Notes under the pieces: generated by a model | What the model was told of the DNA's origin: nothing | Seen by the model: the letters and a program-made list of their open reading frames with translations, nothing else | Databases searched by the model: none | Made by a program: the position numbers and the translations under genes | Shown: positions 10,400-21,183 of the stretch, in pieces | How positions within the stretch are numbered: the stretch's first letter is position 1 | How the letters are laid out: each line of letters opens with the position of its first letter | DNA from: Patescibacteria group bacterium | GTDB taxonomy: Bacteria > Patescibacteriota > Patescibacteriia > UBA2591 > CALHIP01 | Reading direction: 5' to 3' | Assembly (NCBI GenBank): GCA_026417895.1 | Contig: JAOACJ010000003.1 | Span: 1 to 61,804 of the forward strand | DNA: 61,804 nucleotides

Positions 10400-11710
10400 T
10401 CAAGAAATTTTTAATGAAGTTTTCCACAGGAGACCTAAACTCAACCAGAATAAAATTATACCAAAGGAAAGAGAAAAAAGCCAATGGTCAAAAAGACCGA
10501 CAACTAACAGGGGAAAGAAAATAGAATGTAGAATAGAAAATTTTGAAAGAGAATAAAATAAAATGAAAAGAAATAAAATCAAACCGAGAATCCCTAATTC
10601 GGCTAAAACGAGTAAATAGATATTAGGTATTGGTTGGTAATCCCAAACAGAAAGGTTCGGATATTTTTGGGCAAGGTGAAGGGTATAATTTCCCAAACCC
10701 ACACCAAAGAGAAAATTTTCTTGAATCACTTTTTGACTTTGTTGAAAACTGGAAATTCTTTCGCTCAGAGAAATTTTCTCTAGTCTTCCCTTTAGTTGGG
10801 CTCTTGTTATCAAATCATGAACAAAAAAACCACCAAAGATTAAAGCAGCAATCAGGACTAAACCAAAAAATTCAAAAAATGGTGTCCGAAGATGGGCTAA
10901 ATTCTTTTTTAACAACACTAAACTAAAAATAATAATAGTTAAAATTAAAGAAACCAATCCTGCCCTTGAGTAAGTTAACAAAAGACCGATCGCAATCAGA
11001 GAGGTGGCTAAAAGAAAAAAATATTTTTGCCAAGTTTTTTGAGTGAGAAAATAAGCAAGGAAGGCGATAAAGATAACAAAAACTAAAAAACCAGCCAGGA
11101 TATTAGGATGAGGCAATGAACCATAAATTCTTAAAAGTCGACCACCACCCACCTCAATAACGGAAACACCCGCCTGGGCTGGATCTTGTGCTGCCATACC
11201 TAGCCATTTTGAAGAAAAAACTTTTTGTTGAATAAATTGACTTAAACCCAAGAAAAATTGAACCAAACCTGCTAAAACTAAAGTAAAACCAGCTTTTATC
11301 AAATCAAAATTAATTTTCTGAAGAAGAAAAAACAAAATTACGCTTTGACAAATCCTTAACCACCAGTAAAAAGATAGGTTTCTATCTTTTGCCCAGAAAG
11401 TAGAAGAAATAGTAAAGAGCAAAAAAATTATTACAAGAATATAGAATTTAGGATTTTGAGTTTTAAATTTTGAATTTGTTTGAAAATTAGAAATTGAAAA
11501 TTGAAAATTTTTTGAAATCAGTTTCTCTAAACAAAATAATAGTAAAAGAATAATGAAAACAATATCAATCGCGTATAAAGAAATCGTTCCCCATTCCCAA
11601 TATCCCCCATTCAAAACCCCTTCTTTCAAAATCAACCTCGTCTGCCAAGGCAATAAGAAAAGAAAAAGATAGAAAAAGTATTCAACAATAAGATCTAATG
11701 ACCTTTTCAT
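10400..11710 (-). CDS. O-antigen ligase/polymerase-family membrane protein
   Basis: Multiple TM segments, R.YG..PHPN.LAG, LLLTYSRAG, ER and GVGLGNY, H-replaced PNIYLLVLAELG. Confidence 0.85.
   Translation of the reverse strand: MKRSLDLIVEYFFYLFLFLLPWQTRLILKEGVLNGGYWEWGTISLYAIDIVFIILLLLFCLEKLISKNFQFSISNFQTNSKFKTQNPKFYILVIIFLLFTISSTFWAKDRNLSFYWWLRICQSVILFFLLQKINFDLIKAGFTLVLAGLVQFFLGLSQFIQQKVFSSKWLGMAAQDPAQAGVSVIEVGGGRLLRIYGSLPHPNILAGFLVFVIFIAFLAYFLTQKTWQKYFFLLATSLIAIGLLLTYSRAGLVSLILTIIIFSLVLLKKNLAHLRTPFFEFFGLVLIAALIFGGFFVHDLITRAQLKGRLEKISLSERISSFQQSQKVIQENFLFGVGLGNYTLHLAQKYPNLSVWDYQPIPNIYLLVLAELGILGLILFLFILFYSLSKFSILHSIFFPLLVVGLFDHWLFSLSFGIILFWLSLGLLWKTSLKIS
11443..11510. repeat. Two oppositely oriented heptamer arrays in frame within the O-antigen ligase gene
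   Basis: (AGAATTT AGGATTT TGAGTTT TAAATTT TGAATTT) then (AAAATTA GAAATTG AAAATTG AAAATTT); encodes NFQFSISNFQTNSKFKTQNPKF. Confidence 0.8.
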
Positions 11711-12644
11711 AAAATTTTTTTCGATATTCTTCTCTTTTATCTTTATCGTGAAATTTTAGAATTTTATCATTTATTATAACACTTGTGCTTTTATTAGCCA
11801 TTTCTTTTAAATGCTTTGGTATAATTTTTAATTGAAGCCAGCGATAGAATTTTTCCGAAAGACCATTAAAACTTCCTGAATGAATTTTTTCACAGAATTT
11901 TTTAAAAAATCGACTAAATGGTTTTAAAATAATTTTCCTTCTTACAATTGGTTCCTGAGGAAAATGGTTGGGTAGATATTTTTTGATCCATTGATTTTTT
12001 TCAACAAATCTCTCCCATATTCCATCGTCATAGATTGGATAAAGCCAGGCTAGCCAATAGATAAAATAAATGTCTGGTAGATCATTTTTTTCTTCCAGCA
12101 TTATATTTTCTAAATTTAAAGAATCTTCGGTGATAAAAAAATTAAGACAAATTTTATCCTTTTTATCAGCCAGGGTTGGTCTGGCTTTAAAAATTTTTAA
12201 AATTAAAATAGAAAAAAATCTGGTAAGCCAAATTCGATTCTTGGTAGTGATAATAAATAAATCTAAATCATCTTCTTCTTTAGCATTAGAATAAGAAAGA
12301 CCGTTGGCAACGGCAATAAGTCTGATAAATGGTAAAAGGGCCAAAAATTTAGCAATTTTTAATAATTTTTGATATTTTTTCTCGGCAATTAAATATCTTT
12401 GCTTTCTGATCCTTATTAAATCATCTCGCCATTTTAAAAAGTAAAACCCGTATTTATAGCTAATGAGTTTTTTTAATTCTTCGCTTTTTTCTAATTGTTC
12501 TTTTATTTCTTCGAGTTTCGGGGTTGAAAAATTGAGATTTGAAGATTGAAAAAACCATTTATAAGCCTCCCACGCCGTTAAGGGGTAATCAAAAATATCA
12601 AACCAGGCGATTGTCTTAAAGATATTTTTCCCCAATTCGTCCAT
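11682..12644 (-). CDS. Conserved hypothetical protein with a nucleotidyltransferase-like motif
   Basis: N-terminal FDIFDYPLT..E; LPFIR.IAVANGLS and DDLDLFII resemble the Pol-beta NTase G(S)...DxD; overlaps the ligase gene by 29 nt. Confidence 0.7.
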   Translation of the reverse strand: MDELGKNIFKTIAWFDIFDYPLTAWEAYKWFFQSSNLNFSTPKLEEIKEQLEKSEELKKLISYKYGFYFLKWRDDLIRIRKQRYLIAEKKYQKLLKIAKFLALLPFIRLIAVANGLSYSNAKEEDDLDLFIITTKNRIWLTRFFSILILKIFKARPTLADKKDKICLNFFITEDSLNLENIMLEEKNDLPDIYFIYWLAWLYPIYDDGIWERFVEKNQWIKKYLPNHFPQEPIVRRKIILKPFSRFFKKFCEKIHSGSFNGLSEKFYRWLQLKIIPKHLKEMANKSTSVIINDKILKFHDKDKREEYRKKFYEKVIRSYC

Positions 12645-12684
12645 ATAACCCTAAACTTGGTAATTGAAATTTGAGATTTTTAAT

Positions 12685-12725
12685 ATTATACCACAATTTG
12701 ACAGGTTTTGGATCTCTGCTAAAAT
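12685..12725. promoter_or_regulatory. Divergent promoters for secG (+) and the 12644 gene (-)
   Basis: Plus: TTGACA 12698-12703, 16 nt, TAAAAT 12720-12725 with TG. Minus: TGG-TATAAT extended -10 at 12690-12685. Confidence 0.6.
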
Positions 12726-12765
12726 ATTTGTATATTCGTAATAAATTTGTAATTAGTAGAAGTCT

Positions 12766-12987
12766 ATGCAAAAATATCTTCAAATTATTCAAGTCATTGT
12801 TTCAATTTTATTAATTGGCGCCATTCTTCTTCAAGGAAAGGGGGTTGGTCTTTCTGCGGTTTTCGGCGGCGAAAGTTCAGTTTTTCGTACTAAAAGAGGC
12901 ATTGAAAAAACTCTTTTTATTATCACCGTTATCTTGGCGGTTTTATTTTTAGGTTTAGGGTTGGCAAATATTTTCATGGCGCGGTAA
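12766..12987 (+). CDS. secG: Preprotein translocase subunit SecG
   Basis: ILLQGKGVGLSAVFGG..R.KRG.EK.L with two TM helices. Confidence 0.93.
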   Translation: MQKYLQIIQVIVSILLIGAILLQGKGVGLSAVFGGESSVFRTKRGIEKTLFIITVILAVLFLGLGLANIFMAR

Positions 12988-13000
12988 ATTTAAATTAACA

Positions 13001-14809
13001 ATGTTTAAGTTCTTTAGAAATTTTTTTATTGACTTAAAAGATAAAGAAGATAATTTGATTAAAATTATCAAAAAGCATTTAGACTGGGAGCGAGAATTGA
13101 TTAGAAAATTGTTTTCTCAGAAGACAAAAGGAATTAAATTTTCTAGTTTAAAAAAATTAAGTTTAAAACAATTAAAATATCTCCCCTCTTTGTTAAGCAA
13201 GAAAGAAAAAATTACTCTTGGGGCTCTCTTAATTTTGACCATTTTCAGTCTAAGCATTCTTTTTCTCAGAATTTATCTTCACCTCCCGCTTAAACCAAGC
13301 GAGGGCGGAGAATATACCGAAGGGATTATTGGTCAACCAAGTTTAATTAATCCTATCTTTATCTCACCCGATAAAGTAGAAGCTGATGTCGCCAGGCTCG
13401 TTTTTTCTGGTCTAATCAAATGGCAAAATGGAGAGGCGGTTCCCGATCTGGCGGAAAAATGGGAGATAGAAAATGAAGGAAAAACTTTTGTTTTTTATCT
13501 TAGAAAAAATGTTTTTTGGCATGATGGACAAAAATTTAATGCCGATGACGTTGTCTTTACCTTTCAAGCAATTCAAGATAAAAGAACAAAAAGCCCGTTA
13601 AGAGAGAGTTTTCTTAATGTTGAAATACAAAAAATCAATGATGAAATAGTTCGGTTCTCTTTAGAAAAGCCATTTTCTCCGTTTTTAAGTTTTTTAACTT
13701 TCGGTGTCTTGCCAAAACATCTTTGGCAGAAGATACCTCCTGAGAATTTTATTTCTCATGAATTGAATTTTTCTCTTATTGGCACCGGGCCGTTTAAATT
13801 AAAAAGAATGGTAAAAAATAAACAAGGAGAAATTGAGAGTTTAACTTTAGAAAAAAATAAAAGGTATTATCTTAAATCCCCTTATCTATCAAAGTTAAAT
13901 TTAAAATTTCTTAGAACAAAAGAAGAGGGGTTAGAAAATTTAAAAACAAAAAAAATTGAAGGCCTTTCTTCTCTAGGGAAAAATCAAATTGAAGAGAGTC
14001 TTTTAAAAACGGTAAATTATTATCAATTACCTCTCTCCTATTACACGGCTATTTTTTTCAACCAAAAAAGCGAAGTTCTGTCGAATAAAAAAATTAGAGA
14101 AGCCTTGTCTCTTTCTCTAAATAAACAAGAAATTGTGAAAAATTTAAAGAATGTAGAATTAATGGAAGGTGCGCTTATTAACCAAGATTTTAAAATAGAA
14201 AAAATTAAAAATTATGAATATAATCCATTGTTAGCAAAAGAAGTTTTAAAAGAAATTGGTTGGCAAAAGAAAGGTCAATGGTTAACTGATAAAAATAATA
14301 GGCTTTTGGAAATAAAGTTAATTACCTCAGATCATTTAAGACATAGCGAGATAGCAGAAGTCATCAAAGATTTTTGGCAAGATCTAGGTATAAAAACGGA
14401 TTTAAAAATTTTTTCTAAAGATGATCTTCTTGAAGAAATCAAAAAAAGAAATTATGATGCTCTTTTATATAGTCTAATCGAGGGTTATGATCCTGATCCA
14501 TTTTCTCTCTGGCATTCGTCTCAAATTGAAAGTGGACTCAATCTTTCTAATTTCAAAAATATAAAAGTTGATGCTCTTTTAGAAAAAGCAAGAATAGTTT
14601 TTGATAAAAGCGAAAGAAAAAAATATTATACTGAGTTTCAAGAAATAATTTCTAAAGAAATACCAGTTATTTTTCTTTATCAAAAGAGATTAGACTATTT
14701 TCTTGATCAAAAAATAAAAGGATTTAAGTCCCAAAATTTAATTTTTCCCTCTGATCGTTTTAATAATATTGAAAATTGGTATATTTATACAAAAAGAAGT
14801 AAAAAATAA
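13001..14809 (+). CDS. Family 5 (peptide/nickel) ABC substrate-binding protein with an N-terminal membrane anchor
   Basis: GGEYTEG, LVFSGL, PDLAEKW, WHDGQKFNADDVVFT, GTGPF, DPDPFSLWHS. Confidence 0.88.
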   Translation: MFKFFRNFFIDLKDKEDNLIKIIKKHLDWERELIRKLFSQKTKGIKFSSLKKLSLKQLKYLPSLLSKKEKITLGALLILTIFSLSILFLRIYLHLPLKPSEGGEYTEGIIGQPSLINPIFISPDKVEADVARLVFSGLIKWQNGEAVPDLAEKWEIENEGKTFVFYLRKNVFWHDGQKFNADDVVFTFQAIQDKRTKSPLRESFLNVEIQKINDEIVRFSLEKPFSPFLSFLTFGVLPKHLWQKIPPENFISHELNFSLIGTGPFKLKRMVKNKQGEIESLTLEKNKRYYLKSPYLSKLNLKFLRTKEEGLENLKTKKIEGLSSLGKNQIEESLLKTVNYYQLPLSYYTAIFFNQKSEVLSNKKIREALSLSLNKQEIVKNLKNVELMEGALINQDFKIEKIKNYEYNPLLAKEVLKEIGWQKKGQWLTDKNNRLLEIKLITSDHLRHSEIAEVIKDFWQDLGIKTDLKIFSKDDLLEEIKKRNYDALLYSLIEGYDPDPFSLWHSSQIESGLNLSNFKNIKVDALLEKARIVFDKSERKKYYTEFQEIISKEIPVIFLYQKRLDYFLDQKIKGFKSQNLIFPSDRFNNIENWYIYTKRSKK

Positions 14810-14835
14810 AAACTTTAACTGCATTAACTTTTTGA

Positions 14836-14920
14836 GCCGATGTGGTGAAATTGGTAAACACGCACGGTTCAGAGCCGTGTGCCGCAAGGCTTGTGGGTTC
14901 GAATCCCACCATCGGCACCA
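14836..14920 (+). tRNA. tRNA-Leu(CAG)
   Basis: Acceptor GCCGATG/CATCGGC, anticodon loop TT-CAG-AG, long variable arm, encoded ACCA. Confidence 0.97.
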
Positions 14921-14995
14921 GGTGAAATTTAAAAAGGCGAGTAGCCATTATTTCACCTTTTTTTAAGTTTGGCTAAGAGTCGCCTCTTTGAAAAT

Positions 14996-16687
<1,692 letters not shown>

Positions 16688-16698
16688 TTACGATAAAA

Positions 16699-19614
16699 TT
16701 ATCTTTCTTTTTTGCCTAAAACGAGAAATAGTTTTTCTCTTTCAATCTCTATTTCTTTTTTTTGTTTATTTAACAGTTTTTCCCTTCTTTCTATCTTGCT
16801 GGCCAGTGTCTGTTTTTTAAGGATGGCTAAATTTTTTTCGATAATTTTTGTCAATTTTTTTGAATCTGTTTGATAATAAATCTTGACTTTATCTTTGAGG
16901 GTCAATTTTTTCTCTTTTCGCCAAAAATTAATTTGTCGTACCAATTCTCTCAGCACCCCTTCTTCTCGGAGTTGGGGTGTTAAGGTAAAATCAAGTTCTA
17001 CTGATTTTTCGGTCGTTGGTTGATAGATAATTTTTTTAATATTTAATTCATCCAAGATGATCTGTTCCAAATTTCTCTCTAATTTCTTGAGTTGAGGAAA
17101 TTTAATGGTAATTTTATTCAATGGCTGACGAAGAGGAATTTTGTTTTTCGCTCGTTGTTCAAGACCAAGGTGGGTAATTTCCCTAATTATTTTCATTTGA
17201 TCAATAATTTTTTGTTGAAACCAGTCTTGGCGCAGAGAGGGCCAATTTTCTAAATGGACAGATGTGGCTGGTCCTTTTATTGTTTGATAAATATACTCGG
17301 CTAAAAAGGGAGTAAAAGGAGCTAATATTTTAGCTAGATTAAGGATGATGTATCTCAAAGTTTTTAAGGCTGTTAATTTTATCTTTCTTTTTTCACTTTT
17401 AAATCTTTCACGGCTTCGCCGTAAATACCAAGTCGATAGTTCATCAATAAAATTAGCTAGAGAGCGGGCGGCATTGGTAATCTCATATCGCTCTAAACAA
17501 TCACTAACATCTTTAATTAAAAGATTAAATTTAGCAACAATCCAGCGATCAAGAACATGAACAAGATCTTGAGTAGTAAGATTAGTAATTTTTATTTTCC
17601 CTCTATACATCTCGTAAAAAGAAACAACATTCCACAAAATCAAAAAAACTTTTTTCATCACCTCCTCAACTTGTTTTTCAGAAAAACATTTTGCTTCACC
17701 GGGCTGGTTAATGGTATAAAAATAAAAACGTAAAGTATCAGCCCCATATTGATTAATAATTTTTTCTGGTTCAACAACATTACCTCTCGATTTACTCATT
17801 TTTTCTCCTTTCTCATCTAAAACTAATCCATGGCAAATAACGTTTTTGTAGGCTGGTCCTTTTTCTAATAAAGTGGAAATGGCTAAAAGAGTATAAAACC
17901 AACCGCGGGTTTGATCTATACCTTCAGCGATATAGTCGGCCGGAAAAACTTCATTTTTTTCATATCTTTTTTTATTTTCAAAAGGATAATGGTGTTGGGC
18001 AAAAGGCATGGCCCCGGAGTCAAACCAGCAATCAATAACTTCCGGCACTCTTTTCATTTTTCCACCGCATTTTTCACACTGGAAGACAAATTCATCAATA
18101 TAGGGCCGATGTGGATCTTGTACTTTGCGACCACTTAATTTTTCTAATTCTTCAAACGAACCAATCACTTTGGTATTATCGCATTTTTGAGATTCGAAAT
18201 TCGAGGTTTGAGATTTACCAGTTTGGCACTGCCAAACTGGTAAAGGTGTTCCCCAGTATCTTTCTCTTGATAAAGCCCAATCTTTCACTTCCTTAAGCCA
18301 AACACCGAAACGTCCTTCTTTGATAAAAGAGGGAACCCAGTTTATTTTTTCATTGTTTTTAATCAATTCTTCTTTTATCTTCGGCTCACTCATTCTAATA
18401 AACCATGATTTTTTCGCGTAATATAAAAGTGACGAATCGCAACGCCAACAAAATGGATAATCATGATGAATTTTTTCTAATTTCCATAAAATATTTCTCT
18501 TTTTTAAATCATCAATCACATCTTTGTCTGCCTCTTTAACAAACTTCCCTTCACCAATAATTCCTTTAGCCATATTTCCATCAGGATTGACAGTCATTAA
18601 GATGGGAAAGGTAGGTAAATTTTGAATTTTGAATCTTGAATTTTGAATTTTAATCACTTCCATATCTTCTTCACCGAAAGCTGGAGCAATATGGACAATA
18701 CCCGTTCCGTCTTCCATTGAAACAAACTCGCCAGAGATAACTTCATAAATCCGTCCTTCAACTTGAGCAGGATAAAGTCCTTCATATTTTTGACCAATTA
18801 AATCTTTACCTTGATATTTTTCAACAATTTCAAAGTTTTCTAAAACATTAAGTCGTGGTTCAGCCAAGATAAAATATTCATCATTAACTTTTACTTTAAC
18901 ATAAGTCGCTCCTGGATGAATGGCTAAAGCAACGTTGCCTGGCAATGTCCAAGGCGTGGTCGTCCAGACAAAAAAATAAGTATTGGGGTCATCAATTTTT
19001 TTAAATTTAAGATAAAGAGAAATGTCTTCAACATTTTCATAACCCAGAGCTACTTCATGGGAAGAAAGGGTCGTCCCACAACGCGGACAATGAGGAACAA
19101 CTTTGTAATCTTGATAAAGTAAACCCTTTTGCCAAATCTGTTTTAGAATCCACCAAACTGTTTCAATATAATAATTCTCATAAGTAATGTAAGCATTTTT
19201 GTAATCCAGCCAAAAGGCAATTCTTTCAGAAAAATTTTCCCATTCTTTTTTATATTGCCAAACCGATTCTTTACATTTCTTATTAAACTTAGCAATACCA
19301 TATTTTTCAATCTCCGGTTTTCCGCGCAAGCCCAATTTTTTTTCCATCTCCAATTCGACTGGTAAACCATGCGTATCCCAACCAGCCTTTCTTTCAACAT
19401 AATAACCTTTCATTGTCTTATAACGACAAATGATATCTTTGAAAATTCGAGATAAAACATGATGAATACCAGGTAGGGCATTGGCGGTTGGGGGGCCTTC
19501 AAAAAAGACAAACGGTCTTCCCCTTTTTGTCTTCTTTAAAGTTTTTTCAAAAATTTTACTTCTTCGCCAGAAGGCTAAGATTTTCTTTTCAATTTGTGGA
19601 AGGTTAATAGACAT
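16699..19614 (-). CDS. ileS: Isoleucyl-tRNA synthetase (type 2, archaeal/eukaryote-like)
   Basis: EGPPTAN..PGIHH, GWDTHGLPVE, WTTTPWTLP, SRERYWGTPLP, EGIDQTRGWFY, KMSKS; lacks the type 1 C-terminal Zn finger. Confidence 0.97.
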   Translation of the reverse strand: MSINLPQIEKKILAFWRRSKIFEKTLKKTKRGRPFVFFEGPPTANALPGIHHVLSRIFKDIICRYKTMKGYYVERKAGWDTHGLPVELEMEKKLGLRGKPEIEKYGIAKFNKKCKESVWQYKKEWENFSERIAFWLDYKNAYITYENYYIETVWWILKQIWQKGLLYQDYKVVPHCPRCGTTLSSHEVALGYENVEDISLYLKFKKIDDPNTYFFVWTTTPWTLPGNVALAIHPGATYVKVKVNDEYFILAEPRLNVLENFEIVEKYQGKDLIGQKYEGLYPAQVEGRIYEVISGEFVSMEDGTGIVHIAPAFGEEDMEVIKIQNSRFKIQNLPTFPILMTVNPDGNMAKGIIGEGKFVKEADKDVIDDLKKRNILWKLEKIHHDYPFCWRCDSSLLYYAKKSWFIRMSEPKIKEELIKNNEKINWVPSFIKEGRFGVWLKEVKDWALSRERYWGTPLPVWQCQTGKSQTSNFESQKCDNTKVIGSFEELEKLSGRKVQDPHRPYIDEFVFQCEKCGGKMKRVPEVIDCWFDSGAMPFAQHHYPFENKKRYEKNEVFPADYIAEGIDQTRGWFYTLLAISTLLEKGPAYKNVICHGLVLDEKGEKMSKSRGNVVEPEKIINQYGADTLRFYFYTINQPGEAKCFSEKQVEEVMKKVFLILWNVVSFYEMYRGKIKITNLTTQDLVHVLDRWIVAKFNLLIKDVSDCLERYEITNAARSLANFIDELSTWYLRRSRERFKSEKRKIKLTALKTLRYIILNLAKILAPFTPFLAEYIYQTIKGPATSVHLENWPSLRQDWFQQKIIDQMKIIREITHLGLEQRAKNKIPLRQPLNKITIKFPQLKKLERNLEQIILDELNIKKIIYQPTTEKSVELDFTLTPQLREEGVLRELVRQINFWRKEKKLTLKDKVKIYYQTDSKKLTKIIEKNLAILKKQTLASKIERREKLLNKQKKEIEIEREKLFLVLGKKER
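18186..18216. repeat. Heptamer array in frame in ileS, between two Cys residues
   Basis: TTTGAGA TTCGAAA TTCGAGG TTTGAGA; encodes KSQTSNFESQK. Confidence 0.75.
18620..18654. repeat. Heptamer array in frame in ileS
   Basis: TTTTGAA TTTTGAA TCTTGAA TTTTGAA TTTTAAT; encodes KIQNSRFKIQN. Confidence 0.85.
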
Positions 19615-19800
19615 ATCTTTGTAAGATTATTTTAAATTTTTTCTTTCCGTTAATTTTGCAAAGCAAAATTTTGATGGTTTCTGTTTGGGAAGAAATTTAT
19701 GTGCAGAAATTAATAATTTTTATGAACAGATGGTTTTTATTATATCAAGAAGTATCAAATTAGCAAGTCAAGGCCCTTATCTTATCACCAAAAAACAACT

Positions 19801-19829
19801 TAAAAACGATTCTAAATTTTAGAATCGTT
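19801..19829 (-). terminator. Intrinsic terminator upstream of the ileS promoter region
   Basis: Perfect 12-bp inverted repeat AACGATTCTAAA-T-TTTAGAATCGTT, followed by a T run on the minus strand. Confidence 0.65.
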
Positions 19830-19985
19830 CACTAATCTCGACGGTCATCGTATTCAATGGAACAACATCTTGAAGTAAGATAATTCAAATAAACCAACTT
19901 ATTACTGTCTTATAAATTACCACGATCGTTATAAAATGTAAGACGTTCATTCTCGATAATGGAACTAAGGGGTTGGTTTTATAAT

Positions 19986-21083
19986 TTAAACCAGCCCATT
20001 TTTTATGCCGAGATCTCTAAAGAGATTGGCGGGATAGTGAGATAAGATAGAATAAATTGTTTTAAGATATTTTCTGTCGATTTTTTTGTTTTTTAAAATA
20101 TATTGTTTAAAAAGTCGTTCTGACCTCCAAGCAACATATTGCTTTATGGTGTTTAAATCAAAAACAATGTTTTTTTTCTTTTGTAAATTTAATTTATTTA
20201 ATTTGGCAGAAATAATTTCTAAATAATTTTTATGGTCAGAAGACAGGGGGGGGTTTTTAAATTTACATAGATTCCAAATACTTGAACTGTTAATAATTTC
20301 TTTCAGAAAGTTGGATAATTCTTGCCATCTTTCTCTTTTTATTGATCTAAGCCTTGATAATAATTTTAATTTTTTGTATAAAGAAAATTTATTGATTAAA
20401 TTTTTATATTCGATTGTTTCAAAGAATAAATGACTTAATTCATGAAGTATTAACTTCCAAATAGAATTAATATTTTTCCCCCCTCGATCCAATGATCCGA
20501 GAACTAAAATTATTTTATTTTCACCGACAGTAACTCCTCCTTGCCAGTAAATTTCAGATGGCATAATTATGAGATAAATTATTACCATATTTTTTATTGT
20601 ACAATTGGCGCCATAAAATACACTCAGTTTATTAAGAAGAGAAGAAAGATGTTTTTTTATTAGAGGGTACGATTTTTTTAGAATTTTATAATTCTCTTCT
20701 AACGAATAATAATATTTCCCCCAAAATTTCTCAAAACGAGGCTGGAAAATTTCAAAAATATTTTTTAAATTATCGGTTAATTGCTCTAATTGAAGTTTTG
20801 TAAATCTTTGATAAATCAGACGCCAAATTTTTGATGGTTGATTAATAGGCTTTAAAAAACACTCTCTTAAAGCATTGGGATGTCTTTTCTTTTTTATTTC
20901 TTTTGCTATTTTTTTATATTTTTTTAAAGCCTCCTTTTCTTTCTTAGTCAAGTGGCCAAATTGTTTTATATTTTCTTTGTTATATTCATGGAAAACAGTT
21001 TTTCTGTAACCAGCGAAGTTATCGATCAAAAAAAAGAAGTTAGTCCATTTACTGACGATAAATTTTAATTTAATTTGTCTCAT
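19986..21083 (-). CDS. Hypothetical protein with an HExxH motif (putative Zn metallopeptidase)
   Basis: LILHELSHLFF preceded by the beta-rich GGVTVGENKIILVL; very low GC. Confidence 0.6.
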   Translation of the reverse strand: MRQIKLKFIVSKWTNFFFLIDNFAGYRKTVFHEYNKENIKQFGHLTKKEKEALKKYKKIAKEIKKKRHPNALRECFLKPINQPSKIWRLIYQRFTKLQLEQLTDNLKNIFEIFQPRFEKFWGKYYYSLEENYKILKKSYPLIKKHLSSLLNKLSVFYGANCTIKNMVIIYLIIMPSEIYWQGGVTVGENKIILVLGSLDRGGKNINSIWKLILHELSHLFFETIEYKNLINKFSLYKKLKLLSRLRSIKRERWQELSNFLKEIINSSSIWNLCKFKNPPLSSDHKNYLEIISAKLNKLNLQKKKNIVFDLNTIKQYVAWRSERLFKQYILKNKKIDRKYLKTIYSILSHYPANLFRDLGIKNGLV

Positions 21084-21183
21084 TTTATAATAATTACAAC
21101 ATTATCAAAAATATAATTTTTTATTTTTAAAAAATATCAATTATTCTGAAAAGTTGATCGCCATTTTCTTCAATAGAAAGTTT

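Noticed and set aside
10327-10403. CIRCE/HrcA operator upstream of groES
   Set aside because: No TTAGCACTC-N9-GAGTGCTAA or close variant found
14760-14966. Two short ORFs on both strands
   Set aside because: Shadows of tRNA-Leu
14921-14990. Structured ncRNA after tRNA-Leu
   Set aside because: Short competing stems (GGTGAAAT/ATTTCACC, GGCGA/TCGCC, TAGCCA/TGGCTA) are adequately explained as terminator-like hairpins between convergent genes
19615-19800. T-box riboswitch upstream of ileS
   Set aside because: No T-box consensus (AGGTGGTACCGCG-like) or antiterminator; the leader is short and AT-rich
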